A DNA stretch of 64,000 nucleotides from Octopus vulgaris (GCA_951406725.2 OX597832.1:6882001-6946000), one strand, 5' to 3'; positions 13,191-26,999 are shown, numbered from the stretch's first letter. Translations and numbers: made by a program. Notes: generated by a model from the sequence alone, not told the origin.

Positions 13191-14358
13191 TCTCTTATTA
13201 TAAAAGGCAGATTTTATCTGCCTCCCTTTGGTAGTTATACAAATCTACAATATAGGATTTCTTCAATTACAATTTACCTAGCAGTTTTAAGAGTACAATG
13301 CATCGCGTCATGCCAGGTCCAGTTTTTAAAATTTAAACTCCAATTAAGCAAAATTTACAGAAAACTCACATTCTGGTGTGTGTGTCAAATGCTTTTCTTA
13401 GTCTGGTTTACACCACACGCAAACGCACACACACAGTGGGCAACGAATAAAATGAAAGTAAATGTAATAGTTGTTTCTGTCTGTCACGCTGATAGATACA
13501 TGAGTAAAATGTATGGGAAGCTAACAGATAACAGTGAGTGAAAATGTTCTTGGAAGAGAGTAAATTAGCGACAGTGATTTGAGGAAGACTAAACTGAAAC
13601 TATGAAACAGTGTTTATGTATAAACAGACGACACTTATATAAACCCTTTCGTTACCAAACTGCCTGAATTTACCTATTCATATTTAAATGAGAATATCAG
13701 AGTAAATCTCTTTAGTACATTCGTGAAAACACGTATTATACTTCGTAAACACTTCAAATACAGTTTTGTACAAAAATCGAAGTGTAATTTTAATTCCGTG
13801 AATTATGGGAGATTTTTTTCCCTTGTTCCTATTGTGTTTTCAAAATTTGTAATTCTGACAAAAAATGGATACGAATTTCATTATATCAAGCAGCGAGTCA
13901 GAATTCGAAGGATTTTCTACTGAAGACCTTCATAAATCTAACTCTATGACTGAAAAAAAGCGCGCATCTTTATATAAGAGTGAAGTTGTGTGTCTGTCCC
14001 CTTCGATTTACATTCGTAATTACTCCCATCATTTTGCGGTGCAGTTTAACCAAAAGCGGGTATCTTATAGTCGTGATTCATATCGAGCCCTTCTGGGTAT
14101 TAGCGCGTCTACGATGAGTCTACGATTTAAAAAAATTTACCATCATATTTTTCCATTTTAATGCATTTTTTCGCTTTTATATAAGGGAAGTAACTCTCTA
14201 AAAATATCTACGATGTGTCAACGATTTAAAAAAAATTTACCTTAATTTTTTTCAATTTTTAATGCATTTTTTTTTGCTATTTTTTGGCTATAACTCTCTA
14301 AAAATGCTTATATAGTTATTTCCCTTACAACCCGAGCAACGCCGGGCGATACTGCTAG
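13191..14358 (+). mobile_element. Non-autonomous Helitron-like element (composite)
   Basis: 5' TC at an A|T junction, 3' hairpin CCCGagcaacgcCGGG followed by CTAG|T; no TSD; CpG-rich (young). Confidence 0.75.
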
Positions 14359-14441
14359 TATATAATATATATATCTCTTTCTCTTTTATTATCTCTTTTA
14401 CTTGTTTCAGTCAGTTGACTGCGGCCATGCTGGAGCACCGC

Positions 14442-14487
<46 letters not shown>

Positions 14488-15064
14488 GACAGGCTTTTCA
14501 GTTTCCATCTGCCAAATTCACTCACAAGACTTAGGTCAGCTCAGTGCTAATGCAGAAGTGGAACTGAATCTAAAACCATATGGTTGGGAAGCAAACTTCT
14601 AGGCCACAGCTCTCATACTCTCTGTTTTATTTTCTGAAGAATCCTTGTCTTGATATCAAGTGATACTTAAAAATGGGTGTCCCTCTTAGTCATTTACAAT
14701 ATACTGCAAAATCCTGTCTGGCCATAAGGGGAGATATTATCTTGCTTGGAAACAGGTGCGAGTCGGTGACAGAGAGGGCATCTGGTCATAGAAAAGCTGT
14801 CTCAATAAACACCATCCATGCAAGCATTGAAAAGTAGACATTAAAAATGATGATATCCAGTCAATATATACATGGTATCTTTATACTATGTATGTGATAT
14901 TGTTATGCTTATGTTGATACATGTATTTTGCATGCTTGCACATGGTTGGGACTGTCAAATGTAACTACCAATTCAATGTTGAACACTGTTTCCTGATGTT
15001 CAATTTAGATAATATTAGTAAATTACAATACTCAGTTATAACAGTTTTGAACTTAGTATTGTGG

Positions 15065-15291
15065 ACTTCTGTACTTATTGTAAGCACAACAATCAATGGT
15101 ATAATCCAATTTTTGGACACCAAATATCATCCAAGATTGGTAAGCAATTCATTGCAGCATTAAATAGATGCTTTCCTAAAACACATAAATACTACCGTTT
15201 ATTCAACAAACACAGTGAAAATATCATATGCAACATCATTCCAACTCAATCTGGAATTAAAGCCCACAACTTCTACCGACAAACAATTTAA
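15065..15291 (+). mobile_element. Penelope-like element fragment
   Basis: WYNPIF..ISSKIGKQF..LNRCFPKTHKYYRLFNKH resembles the PLE RT-GIY-YIG linker. Confidence 0.65.
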
Positions 15292-15781
15292 TGGAAACTG
15301 ATGGATATATATAATAAAGGCATGTTAAAAGCTCCAACCGATTGTGGCCGATGCCGGACCCCCTGGCACCTGTGCAGGTGGCATGTAAAAAGCACCCACT
15401 ACACTCGTGGAGTGGTTGGCGTTAGGAAGGGCATCCAGCTGTAGAAACTCTGCCAGATCAGACTGGAGCCTGGTGCAGCCCCTGGCTTCCCATACCCCGG
15501 TCGAACCGTCCAACCCATGCTAGCGCGGAAAACGGACGTTAAACGATGATGATGATGATGATGATTAGAGATGGACACACAAGAAGATTAAAGTAGGAAG
15601 ATTTAATGTAATAGATCATAAGCATCATCATCATTTAATGTCCGCTTTCCATGCTGGTATGGGTTGGACGGTTCAACTGAAGACTAGTAAGCCAGGAGGC
15701 TGCACCAGGCTTCAATCTAATCTGTAATAAATGTTAAACAAAAATTTTTAAAACCCACTTTTTTTTTAATTAATGACTTAC

Positions 15782-15956
15782 TTGGAAAATTGAAGGCAGA
15801 TAAGTAATGTTTAGTCGTGTTCATGTGCATCAAGCAATTAATTTTGGATGAAAATATCAGTAAGCATGTTTGGCATATGTAACTGGATATGGGAACTGGT
15901 TTAATAAAGGCATTATGGTTACTAGACCTTTGGTGCTCTGAACATGTTTGCTCAAG
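15782..15956 (-). CDS. ZNF451: ZNF451-like exon 5 (LEQTCSEHQRSSNH...YICQTCLLIFSSKINCLMHMNTTKH...)
   Basis: atttcag acceptor, A|gtaagt donor, phase 0-1; completes the CPKC...H...H finger begun in exon 4 and holds another C2H2 finger. Confidence 0.88.
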
Positions 15957-16978
15957 CTGAAATCCAAGAAACAGAAAATAAAATTTTAAAATCCAACAGA
16001 TTTAATAAATGAAACGTTTTTATAGAAGAGTCTAAACTAGTATGTATGATACCTACTAGGTAAAAAAAGTGCTGTGTATAGGAGATTAAAAAAGATAAAA
16101 GAAATACTGATGGTGAATCTAAGTATAATAACCACACAGATGACATGACACTGAATTAACTCTTAAATAGCAGACATCATCAACTGATGTTTCAAAAATT
16201 TTACAGCCATCATCAAAAGAAAGTGAATAGTCTAAGGCACTTTTCCATAATGAGATTGTAAATTTTATTGTGCAAGAGACAAGCAATTATTATAATTTTT
16301 GCACTTATTTAAAATTGAAAATAAATATAAAAATTACCCTTAAGATATTTTTTTTTTGTTTTTTACTCATTTAACACATTCATGCAACCCATGGCTGCTG
16401 TTAAGAGGAGTGACAATATACTGTACTGCAATCTCATTCAATCTGTGCCACATAGAAAAATGTATGTTGGATGATGAGGAAATACACATGTAGATAAATA
16501 CAATAGTATATCAATCTATCAATATATACATCCTCAGACATAATTTAATACACATAGCTAAACAGTAGTTGTTATGAAGCTATTAGCTTCAATGATAGGA
16601 GAAAGGTTGAAGAATTTCTTAGTTTTGATCCCATGCAACAAAAATTTGTACCAAAACAATTGTGAAGTAAAATATCATGGAAAAAAATATAAGTAAGGCA
16701 AAAAATTGGATTTAAGTATAATTAACTATTTTATTTTTAAAAAAAACTATATTTTAATTAAACTTAAATGATAGAGCTCAATTCGAGGAATTTCATGGTA
16801 TCAATCTCCTGCAATGAAGTTTTAAAAGAAAAAAGTTATGAGTGTTTGTATCTCAAATTTGAAGGTGATAATATAGTTTTATATTTTTTTTATGAATATA
16901 GCTCTATATATACCACCACTAATTGACAAATATGACACATTGTTAATTGGCATGCTAGCATAGCCTGGAAAAAACATG

Positions 16979-17436
16979 GATTACATGGAAAAATTCATGT
17001 GAAATAATATCTTAAGATTATAAATCCAGAAAAGTACATGACAAGTTATAACACTTGGAAAAGTTCAGGAAAGTTATTACATCTGGTAAAGTACAGAGGA
17101 AAATTTTTACTTAAAATATTGCAGCCAAGGATAAAACATTTTAATTGAGTTATTTTTTAAATTTTTAATAGAAGTAACAAGTAATAACAAATACAAGTAA
17201 TAACTTGTAATGAAATTTTTAGTTTTTAATAAAAGCCAATATTTTCTAAATCTAAATATTTTATTTGAAATTTTATCCTTAGCTGCAATATTTTAAGTAC
17301 TAATTTTTTTGTTCTGTACTTTGCCAGATGTAATAACTTGTTCTGAACTTTTCCAAGTGTAATAACTTGTCCTGTACTTTTCCAGATTTATAATCTTAAG
17401 AATATTATTTCTCTTGCTCACATTTTTCCATGTAAT
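16979..17436. repeat. Long imperfect inverted repeat (about 160-200 bp arms)
   Basis: TCTTAAGATTATAAATC..ACACTTGGAAAAGTTCAG..TAAAATATTGCAGC mirrored at 17270-17436. Confidence 0.8.
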
Positions 17437-17672
17437 GTATAAATGATTTAACAGCTTTTTGTGTTTTTTTAAGTTTATACAGTTCAAACTTTCAACTTGC
17501 AATATGAAAAAAACTGACACTATCAAATCAATAAAGTTAATAGTTACACAAAGATTTTATAATCTGTACCTATCTGACAAGCTGTCAATAATATTTTTAT
17601 TGATCTTATTTCTAACATTTATTACTTCAGTCTAATTTAGTCAACTATCCATCAGTGTTTAGACAAATCATA

Positions 17673-18306
17673 TGGATCTTTTCCTTTTGAACGGTAGATG
17701 TCAACATAATTTCTAGTTAACTAAACACTTTTAAACTTCATATACTGGTAGAATGTGTTTATAAAACATCATTTTCTCTTGGTTTTATTGAGAAAATTCT
17801 ATAGTTTGTAAGATATTTCGTCTGAAAATCCGAGCATTTCGGCAATTTTAACCAATCGATTACCTCCATTCAACTAAAATCATTTGCTGCGTCTAAAACT
17901 GAGACAACATCCTGTAACTAACCCTAAACTTCCCCCATAACCCTAACGCTAATTTTTTTCTTAATTGTTAAATTAATTTAATTCCATTGCTTTAGTTTCT
18001 TTTACACGCGTAACAATTAAATTAATTTAACAATTAAGAAAAAAAAATTTAGGGTTAGGGGGGAGGTTTAGGGTTAGTTACAGGATGTTGTCTCAGTTTT
18101 AGACGCAGCAAATGATTTTAGCTCAAAAGAGAGCAGAGGATTGGTTAAAATTCGAAAAATTAAACTACGTTAAACAAACAAATTGCAATTTTCTCAAGAA
18201 AGCCAAGAGAAAAAAATGTTTTATTTTGACACATTCTACCAGTATACGAAGTTTTAAAGTGTTTAGTTAACTAGAAATTGTCTGCCATTCAAAAGGAAAA
18301 GATCCA
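17673..18306. mobile_element. Foldback/MITE with long TIRs beginning GGATCTTTTCCTTTTGAA
   Basis: Nearly the whole element is self-complementary; partial copy at about 56811-57020. Confidence 0.8.
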
Positions 18307-19424
18307 ATCATATTTCCATCCAGAGAATATAGAAATTTACTGGGATTGAATTTACAAGAGTTCAATGTAATAAGTATTTGAAACTTCTGTATATCATTCT
18401 CTAGATATGCAGTTGATATATTTATGCTAACCCTCATATTTGATAAGGCGAAAAGCCACATAACAATGATATTGAACACTTTACTAATGCTATAATTGTT
18501 TTTGTTGTTGTTTTTTTTTTTTGTGTGAGAGAGAGATTTTTCAAGCTCGAAAGACCAATCTCTTTCTACTAAATGGTATCTTCTTTGTCTACTACACCTC
18601 AACCTTACCTACAAATGCTAAAGGCTCTTACAACTATAATGAAACAAGTTACACCTAGATACAATAGTGTAAAGAGAAATGCCATCAACATCAAGAAGTT
18701 CTGTAGTGGTTAAGACTTATGAGAGAAAAGATAATTGTTTAAAAAATATACAGACCTACCCACTTTTTTCTCACTTAAAACAGACGTCTATCTCAAACTA
18801 ATATCTGATCCATAGGCTGTCACTGCCATCACTATCATCAACATCATCCCCCCGCCCCCCACCCCACATCAACTGTTCCAAGCTTGCATGAGTTCCAGAA
18901 CAACATCTCACCAATTATTACAATATTTTGACATTTTTGTCTTTGTGAGGTTTACTGTGAGGCCTCTAGAATTCAAGTTTTGCTTTCCCTTTTGAATTTT
19001 TTTTCTCTAAATCTTCAACAGATTCAGCTATGGAAACTAAATCATTGGCATGCAAAATTTTGCACACTCAGCTAGTTAGTTATGACTGGAAGAACTAAAA
19101 CAAACAGGAGGGGATGAGAACCAAGCAAGGATGGACATCTATTGCTTGCCAAATACCTTGCTAAGCTGTCTCTTGCCTTGCTGAAAACAAGCATTACTGA
19201 GATCACTCATCCCAAATATCACCATACAAGTGGTGCTGATCATTTCCAACCTTCTGTGAAAAATTGTCTGGCCATGGAGAAAACCTATTATTTAAAAATG
19301 GGTTAGAGTCAGTGACAGGCGAGGCATCTAACTGTAGAAAATCTGCCTCAACAAATTCTCTCTGACCCATGTAAGCATAGCAAAGCAGCTGTTAAAATGA
19401 TGATGATAATAATAATAATGAAAT

Positions 19425-19725
19425 TATTGTATACAGTGCTCAGGTGCACCACAACTTGTCAGAAAGTGCGTATAAAGTATATGCAGTAATGTACAAATGT
19501 CTGGAAAGTGAACAATGTATGAGTCAGATACATGCTTGTGTGTGTATGGAGGGGAGAAAATCAGGTGTAGTGTTGGCGAATCTCAGAAAGCATGGAAGTT
19601 TTGAAGGATGCAGTGCTCCGACAACTAACAACTGATGCCTGCAGTTTGTTCCATGCTTCAGCAACTCTCAGCGTGAAAAAATGTTTCCTAAAGTCATGGG
19701 AGCTATGCTGTTTTCTGACTTTGTA
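19425..19725 (-). mobile_element. CR1 LINE 3' fragment
   Basis: KVRKQHSSHDFRKHFFTLRVAEAWNKL matches the 54658 ORF; (ATT)n tail. Confidence 0.9.
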
Positions 19726-20203
19726 ATGATGATAATGAATATATAACAAGAGTTAACCTGTCTCTGCCTGGGTCCTACCATCTTAATAAAAAAATTAATA
19801 AAAACAATAGCATTCAGAACCTCTGAACAAGATATGATTTTTAAAGAAACATCAACGACATACACTTTGCTCCTAGAAATGCGATAGTGAATACTGAGCA
19901 GCACAAGGTTATTTCCATCTTCAATCTTTAACTATACCAAAAATTAAGCCGCTTTAACTCTAATTCTTTATAGATCAGTAGGATAACCTCTGCATTTGCT
20001 GGCTCTCACACCACTAGACTTTTCACATAATCAGCTATACCTGGACCAGAAGATTCATCAGTTTGAAAACTGATGTTCATACAAAAATAAGTTAATTTCT
20101 ATCTGTAGATATTATTAGATTTTGAAACTAAAAGGTATTTTGATAAACCCTGACTTTACTATCATTCAATAAGCATATACATATTTTTGGGACACCTTGT
20201 ACA

Positions 20204-20234
<31 letters not shown>

Positions 20235-20626
20235 AAATAGATAAATGGTTCCATCAGTATGTAGAGAGAGAGAGAGGTATTTACTTACATATTTATGCAC
20301 ACACACACACACACTTGTGCATGCATACACTCACACTAACAATATAGTAAAAAGAAAAAAAAAACTTTGAATAACTTAGTGATAGTGCTCTGGAACACGG
20401 AAGAAGGGCTGTAAAACAGTACCTCATTATGTATTCATCCAGCCTATGCTAGCATAGAAAAACAAACAAAGCAAACAACTGAATAAAATATAGTATTAAG
20501 AAAAAAAAATCAGATACAGAAACGACTACAATGGATTGTGATTTAAATGGCAAAAATGAATATTTGCAAAAATATTAATAAAAATTATTAGATATACTTT
20601 ATTCTATATATAAGGAAACAACCAAC

Positions 20627-21477
20627 CTTAAATTCTTTCCCACATTTTGGACAAATGTAATTTATGATTTCACAGGACAAAAAAGAATCCATAATGCTCT
20701 TTGAAGGATTACATGAGTTGTGGATCATCATATACATGTGATTCTGTAGATTTTCTTTGGAAGAGAATTTGATTTCACAGTTTATCACTGGACAGCAAAA
20801 CTGAGTTTGTGTTCCATTGCCTTTACAATTGTGTTGGAGATTTTTACGGGAATTATAAGTAAACGAATTATTTAGGCCATTCAAATTGGAAGTGTTGTTT
20901 ATTGGATTTAATGAAGTCTGCAAATTAGTAGACTGTGGAATGATATTCGAAGAAGATTCTTTATCATAATATACATTGGATTTTACTTTTTTTTTTGTAG
21001 ATTTTTCAGAAGGTATCTTATTTGACATAGAAGCAAACATCTTGAGAATTTTATGAGAAGGTTTCAACATCGAAATAGATTTTTTAGATGGATTTTTGGC
21101 TAATTTCCTGGGAGAGTATTTCCTCGTTGACTTAGCTATGTTTCTAGGAGATTGCCTGACTGGAACCTTTACAGGTGTACAATGAGGGTGACTAACTGAG
21201 ATCTTAGTTGGCATCCTGACAGCCTGCTTGGCCTGTATCATAGAGGATAACCGGGGAGAGAACCTAGTTGGTGTTTTTGTTGGCATCCCAAGAGTTTTGT
21301 TTATTCTGGGAGAAAGTTTGACAGGTGTTTTGGGAAGAACCTTCTTAGATGGCTTGGTCTGATTATGATGACACTCATTAGTTTTATTCTGTGGAGATTT
21401 TGCTGCTTGATTTCCAGAAGGTGGTTTGGAAGGATTTGCCAGAGATGACTTAGAATGCAAAGAACGTAAACCAACAC
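20627..21477 (-). CDS. ZNF451: ZNF451-like exon 4: basic SP/TP-rich region plus C2H2 fingers
   Basis: cattttcag acceptor, AAG|gttggt donor, 851 nt; within ORF 20588..21460; finger CPVINC-x12-HMYMMIH and start of CPKC finger. Confidence 0.88.
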
Positions 21478-21949
21478 CTGAAAATGAAACAATTTTATTT
21501 ATGAGAAAAATTTTTTAAATATTAATCTGAACAGAATTCCTGGTTCCCAATTAAAAATATTAAATAACATCTATCTAATAATACAAATGTACCTAATTAA
21601 ATTTATCCAGAGTCAAACTGAACATTAATTGCCTTGGAAAGGCCTGAAAAGGTTAAAAATATCACATGTCTATACCATCATAGTCCTCTCCTGTACACTA
21701 CATATGCTACCACAAATGCAACTAATGATTCAAGGATTTGTGAGTTATGGGATAATTATCAGCATTTTTTAATAGCTTTTTTTTTTATATTTATAGAGAT
21801 GTAAAGAAAATATTAATCTTAAATAAGGAATGTACTGCTCTGTAAAACTAATAAAGAGTACATCTAAAATTAAAAAATCTAACATATATATGTATGTTTA
21901 TATATCACATTTGTTGAGGAAGAAAATTCGTTTAGATGAAATACAGTTC

Positions 21950-22760
21950 GGGTTTACATCAGGCTGAAGTACCACCAATGCACTATTTCTTGAGCAAAAA
22001 AAAATTTAACAGGATTTTACTCTCAGTATTCTGGCTGTCATTGACAAAACTAATAGATAAGTGGTTTCAAAGCTGTGCAGGTCATGTACAGAAGTGGCAT
22101 ACCAAGTCGAGAATTGGCAGAGAGTTGAGTGTACAAGTAGGTGTCCAGGCAATAACAGAGAAATGTTTAAGACCAGCAGTCTGTGAGAACTCTTGAATGC
22201 TGATGATCTAGTTCTTGTTGCTGAATCTTTAGAATGTTTAGAAAAGAAATTCCAGGCATCGGAAACAAAACTTAGAATTGAAAAGTCTGAAAATAAACTT
22301 AGTAAATAATAAAGTTTTAGTTAGTAAGAAAGATAGATCCCAACAACTGTCAAGAAGTGGTTATGCTTAACATGTAGAAAATGAGCAGGAAGAAATTTCC
22401 ATATGGTATACTCAATGTAAACTATGAATGCACAAGAGGTGTGGTAAGATTACAAGTAAGCTGATGGTAGACTTTGTAATTGTCGGATGTTCAGGAGCAG
22501 CTGGGAATAAAAATGCATATGAAATAGATCCCTTTCAATACTCAAGAAGCTCTTTCTAGGAAAATTGATAGTTTTTGTAATCTAGGTGACCCAATAGCAA
22601 TGGAGGTGAATGTTCTGAAAACACAGATGACTAAGAATGAAACGAAAAAAGTTGAGGGAGCTATTATCTCTACTTGCAACAAACATTTCTCTTCCAGAGC
22701 AGATTGTATGATATTTGTATTTGTAGTGTGGTGCTGCATGAGAAAGAAATAAGGTAAGCA
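21950..22760 (+). mobile_element. Decayed RTE LINE fragment
   Basis: LIDKWF, ELLNADDLVL, SLGKIDSFCNLGD remnants. Confidence 0.6.
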
Positions 22761-23289
22761 TACTACACTGAATGCACAGGCAATAGCACAAATTAACTGA
22801 GAGAAACTGGATATAAGAGAGCTAGGAAGACATGAGTTGAAGTCGTTCATCGTTTAACGTCCGTTTTCCAGGCTAGCATGGGTTGAAAGGTTCAACTGGG
22901 GTCTGGGAAGCCAGAAGGCTGCGCCAGGCCCAGTCTGATCTGGCAGTGTTTCTACAGCTGGATGCCCTTCCTAACGCCAACCACTCCGTGAGTGTAGTGG
23001 GTGCTTTTTGAAGATTGATTTCAAGAGGCTCACAAGAGTAAAAACATGACAAAATATTACAGGGAAAATATCTACCCAACCCATGCATATATAGCAAAAT
23101 GGATGGTGGTGATGATGGAAATTGAGAAGTACAGTGACTACATTTGGATCTCATCCACCTATCATGTCCAGGTTAAGTCTCCTTTACTAATCTCCATCTC
23201 CCTTTATTACATTCTATCAATTACTTTTTCACATCATGCCATTTCAGTAATGAGAGATGCCTCTCCTATCAGCCCTCTTCATTGCTAGC

Positions 23290-23665
23290 CACTAATCACC
23301 TTTTGCGTCTCTTCCTTTAATATCTCCCCTATTATTTGACATTCAACACTCTCTTACCATCACCCATCTTTATGCTATCCATCATTCTCTCTCCCTCTCT
23401 TTCACACAATTCACTCTGCCATCACTCTCTCATTTCCATTACCCACTCTTTTCTATCACTCTGCTTCTCATCACATTTCTCATGCTGTCTTCTACTCAGT
23501 CTCCTTACCAACAACCAAAATGTAACTGCTGGTCACTGTCTTTCTCCCATTACTCCTCCCTCATGTAACATCTCTCATCCTATCACTTTCTTTCATCATT
23601 TTCTCTTTTTTATCACACACTCACTCTTTCTCTTCCACCATTCTCTCTTCTCTTCACCTTCTCGT
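23290..23665. repeat. Pyrimidine-rich low-complexity tract (similar one at 46680-47080)
   Basis: Strong C/T bias with almost no G. Confidence 0.6.
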
Positions 23666-24185
23666 CAAGTTGCCTTGAACAGAGATGAGGCAGAGAGAAC
23701 TCTAGTCTTATCAGGGACAAGACAACTTTTCTATTGCTGGAGTCTCAATAAAATGCACCCAGTATACTTTGGGTTAGGATGAGCAATCAGCCATAGAAAC
23801 TATGCCAATAAATAAAATATACGAGTGAGATATGATCACCAATTTGTTTAGGAAGGCAGTAAACTCCAAATAAGAACTAATTCAGACTATAACAACCTGT
23901 CTAACACATACCAACATGAAAAATAAAGTATATGATGATAATGAGAAAATCATCTCCTACTGACACCTTCCAACATCTTGCACACTGATATGCTATACTA
24001 ATTCTTTGCTTTTTCTACCATTACTCATATGTCCTGCTCTACAGGATTTTGGCATGAAATTATTAGTTTCTAGCCTATCATGGGGCTGAAAGTTACAGTT
24101 GATTGAATCAGTCAGTTACCAGCATTCTAAGCTGAATTTCTCAGTCTAGGGGTATCATCTGTCTAAGTGAATTGAAGTGGATCCT

Positions 24186-24412
24186 TAACCCTTTAGTATT
24201 TAAACTGGCCATATCCGGCCAAAATAGCTAATCTGTTTTTTGTTCAAAACTGACCAAATCCAGGCTCTCACACCTACCCTACAATGTTATTCTACATTAA
24301 GTAATTACACCATCAGGATCTTGAAGATATGAGATAATGCATGATTAATTCAAATCAATGGGAATCAGTAAACATTATGTTTGATTGAATAATCTGAACA
24401 CTAAAGGGTTAA
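24186..24412. mobile_element. piggyBac-type MITE (TTAA target)
   Basis: TTAA-CCCTTTAG ... CTAAAGGG-TTAA. Confidence 0.8.
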
Positions 24413-25568
24413 AGGGAAATAAAATCACATCACATGCTAATTCTCACAGGTACAACTGAAAAATGTTTTTTATTTTATTAAATCTGCAGTTCTGAATTCA
24501 AACTCTATGAAACATTTAACTTCAAAAAAAGAAATGGGTTCCTCTCAGCTGACTTACCTCAAGATAATTAATTCAGAGGCAATGAAATAAACTAATGTGC
24601 AATTGGACTCTCTATATTTGCATCATGGAACATGTGACACAGAAATGCTAATAACAATGAGGCTGACAACAATAAAAGCAACTAACTCATTTTCGGTGAA
24701 AAGATGTAAAATCATTGTTGTTGTCATGTTTTAATCCACTTTTTTCATGCAGACATGGGTTGGACAAGACTTATTAAATCAGTATTCTATAGCTGGATAC
24801 CCTTTGTGTTACCAACTCTGCTTTTCCAAATGAAGGATTTCTAGTCTATTAGTCTTCACACATAACTGAAGAAAGACATGGAAAAAGCACACACACACAC
24901 AACAGGCTTCTATACAATTTCTTTCACAAGACTGAGGCTATAGTAGAAGGCACTTGTCCAAAGGGATGCATAGAAGGATGAGACCCAATATCATGTTGTT
25001 GCAAAGCAGGAGTGGCTGTGTGGTAGGTAGCTTGTTTACCAACCACATGGTTCCAGGTTCAGTCCCACTGCATGGCACCTTGGGCAAGTGTCTTCTACTA
25101 TAGCCTCGGGCCGACCAAAGCCTTGTGAGTGGATTTGGTAGACGGAAACTGAAAGAAGCCCGTCGTATATATGTATATATATATGTGTGCGTGTATGTTT
25201 GTGTTTGTCCCCCTAGCATTCCTTGACAACTGATGCTGGTGTGTTTATGTCCCCATCACCTAGCTGTTCGGCAAAAGAGACCGATAGAATAAGTACTGGG
25301 CTTACAAAGAATAAGTCCCAGGGTCGAGTTGCTCGATTAAAGGCGGTGCTCCAGCATGGCCGCAGTCAAATGACTGAAACAAGTAAAAGAGTAAAGAGTA
25401 AGAGTGTACAGCCATGTGATAAACAGAGAAGAAAGATAACGAATTTATTAGCAATTGCATTAAAGAGGCTCAAATACAGCTAAAACTTAAATTAGAATTG
25501 CAAGTTATGATAATCCAAAGACAAGAAATATAAATAGCTGCATAGTATGAAAAAATAAAGGTACATAC

Positions 25569-25656
25569 TGTATTTTGGTTGTATCAGAAGTGAATTGTTT
25601 TTCAAAGTTTCATTTCTGGTTAATGGGCGTTTCCTTTTGCTTCTTATAGTTGAAAC
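25569..25656 (-). CDS. ZNF451: ZNF451-like exon 3 (VSTIRSKRKRPLTRNETLKNNSLLIQPKY), NLS-like KRKRP
   Basis: ttattaaag acceptor, A|gtatgt donor, 88 nt, phase 0-1, which exactly bridges exon 2 (ends phase 0) and exon 4 (starts phase 1). Confidence 0.72.
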
Positions 25657-26569
25657 CTTTAATAAAATTATTTTAAAAAATGTAGTTTATAATTGTAAAA
25701 CTACTGACCATAATATAACAATATATTTTGCTGTGGATCAATATTTTAGGGTACTTGATGGTCAATGAACTGATATAAGCAAAATATAAACAATAATTTC
25801 AAAAGAAATACAGTTTTTGTTCCTGTTTTAATTTTGAAAATAATGAAAAACTTAGCAAAATAACTTGGTCATTATTAAGCTGGAACATGAATTAACATGA
25901 AATTTTGAAGGAAGATTTTAATCTAGATCATTTAAATTAAAGATTTGTATCATAGAACCATGGGCAGATTTTGGGCAAGTTGGTATCAAAAGGAGAACAG
26001 ATCTATTAAAGAATTTGAAGCTTATTTTCTAGAAAATCTCAATAAGTTAATGATCCAACCAATCTAGATAAAATATATAACTGATTATGTTAATTCTAAA
26101 AGAGAATAATCAAAAGAGAAATGGACATTATTAAGCTTAGGCAATTGATTGGCAGATTCATGAGTTTCAGATAAATGGCTTTTTGCATTGAGAGTTCAAA
26201 TCCTACCTAGATCAACTTTGCTTTCCAATTTTCCAGGATTGATAAAATAAAGGATGAGTCAAGTATTAGGTTCTTCTCTCTCTCAGAATTGGCTATACTG
26301 CCTTGTGAGAGGGTCATGGATGACCACTCACATTGTCTTGCTCCTCCTAAAAATAGTGGAGAGCTGAACTTAAAGATTAGTAACCTCTTCTCATGTAGAA
26401 TGCTATAACAAAAGCAACCCAAAGAAACCAGAGGAGATGGTAATGTACCATATTGCACAGTTTAAAAAAAGAATAATTAAAATTACTAAACACTTTTTCT
26501 AATAAATGAAAATAGATAATTATTTTTTCCCCTGTAGAAATTAATTCATGAAATTATTGGTAAAAATTG

Positions 26570-26999
26570 CTTAAACAATGAAATTGGCCACCAAGAATGT
26601 GAAGAACTTGTCAAGAATGAATCCTTCATGCCCTCCAGTTCCGGCAGCTTCAGGAAAATGATCCCACAATTGGTATGATGGGCCTATTCATCCAAAATCA
26701 ACATGTCCAGCCAGGAATTCTACCTGTAATAACTGCCCCTGAAAAGGACACTGGGAAACTTTGCATGACAAAGAAACCAACTTCTTTCAAACAGAAGGTC
26801 GCCATAATCAGAACAGAAGGTAACACAGATCCCAGAAACAATTCAACTGACAATAATTGTGCTTCAATTTTTCAGCTATCCACCTCCCGGGAATGACCAA
26901 AGCTCATTAAAGTTAAGGTAAACGATCACACGACACATGCTCTACTGGATAGTGGATCAGAAAGAACTTTTATTTGTCTGGATTTGGCCAAAGAATCTG
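26570..26999 (+). mobile_element. LTR retrotransposon (Gypsy-like) gag/protease remnant
   Basis: LIKVKVNDHTTHALLDSGSERTFI aspartic protease motif at about 26903-26975. Confidence 0.6.

Noticed and set aside
13125-14161. ORFs of 138, 66 and 98 aa
   Set aside because: Lie within SINE/Helitron-like repeat DNA; no Rep/helicase motifs seen.
17918-18078. Interstitial telomere or fusion site
   Set aside because: Only a few degenerate hexamers, embedded symmetrically in a MITE.
23336-23782. 148-aa Leu/Ser/His-rich ORF (likewise 46664..47146)
   Set aside because: Open only because of pyrimidine-rich low complexity; no domain or splice support.
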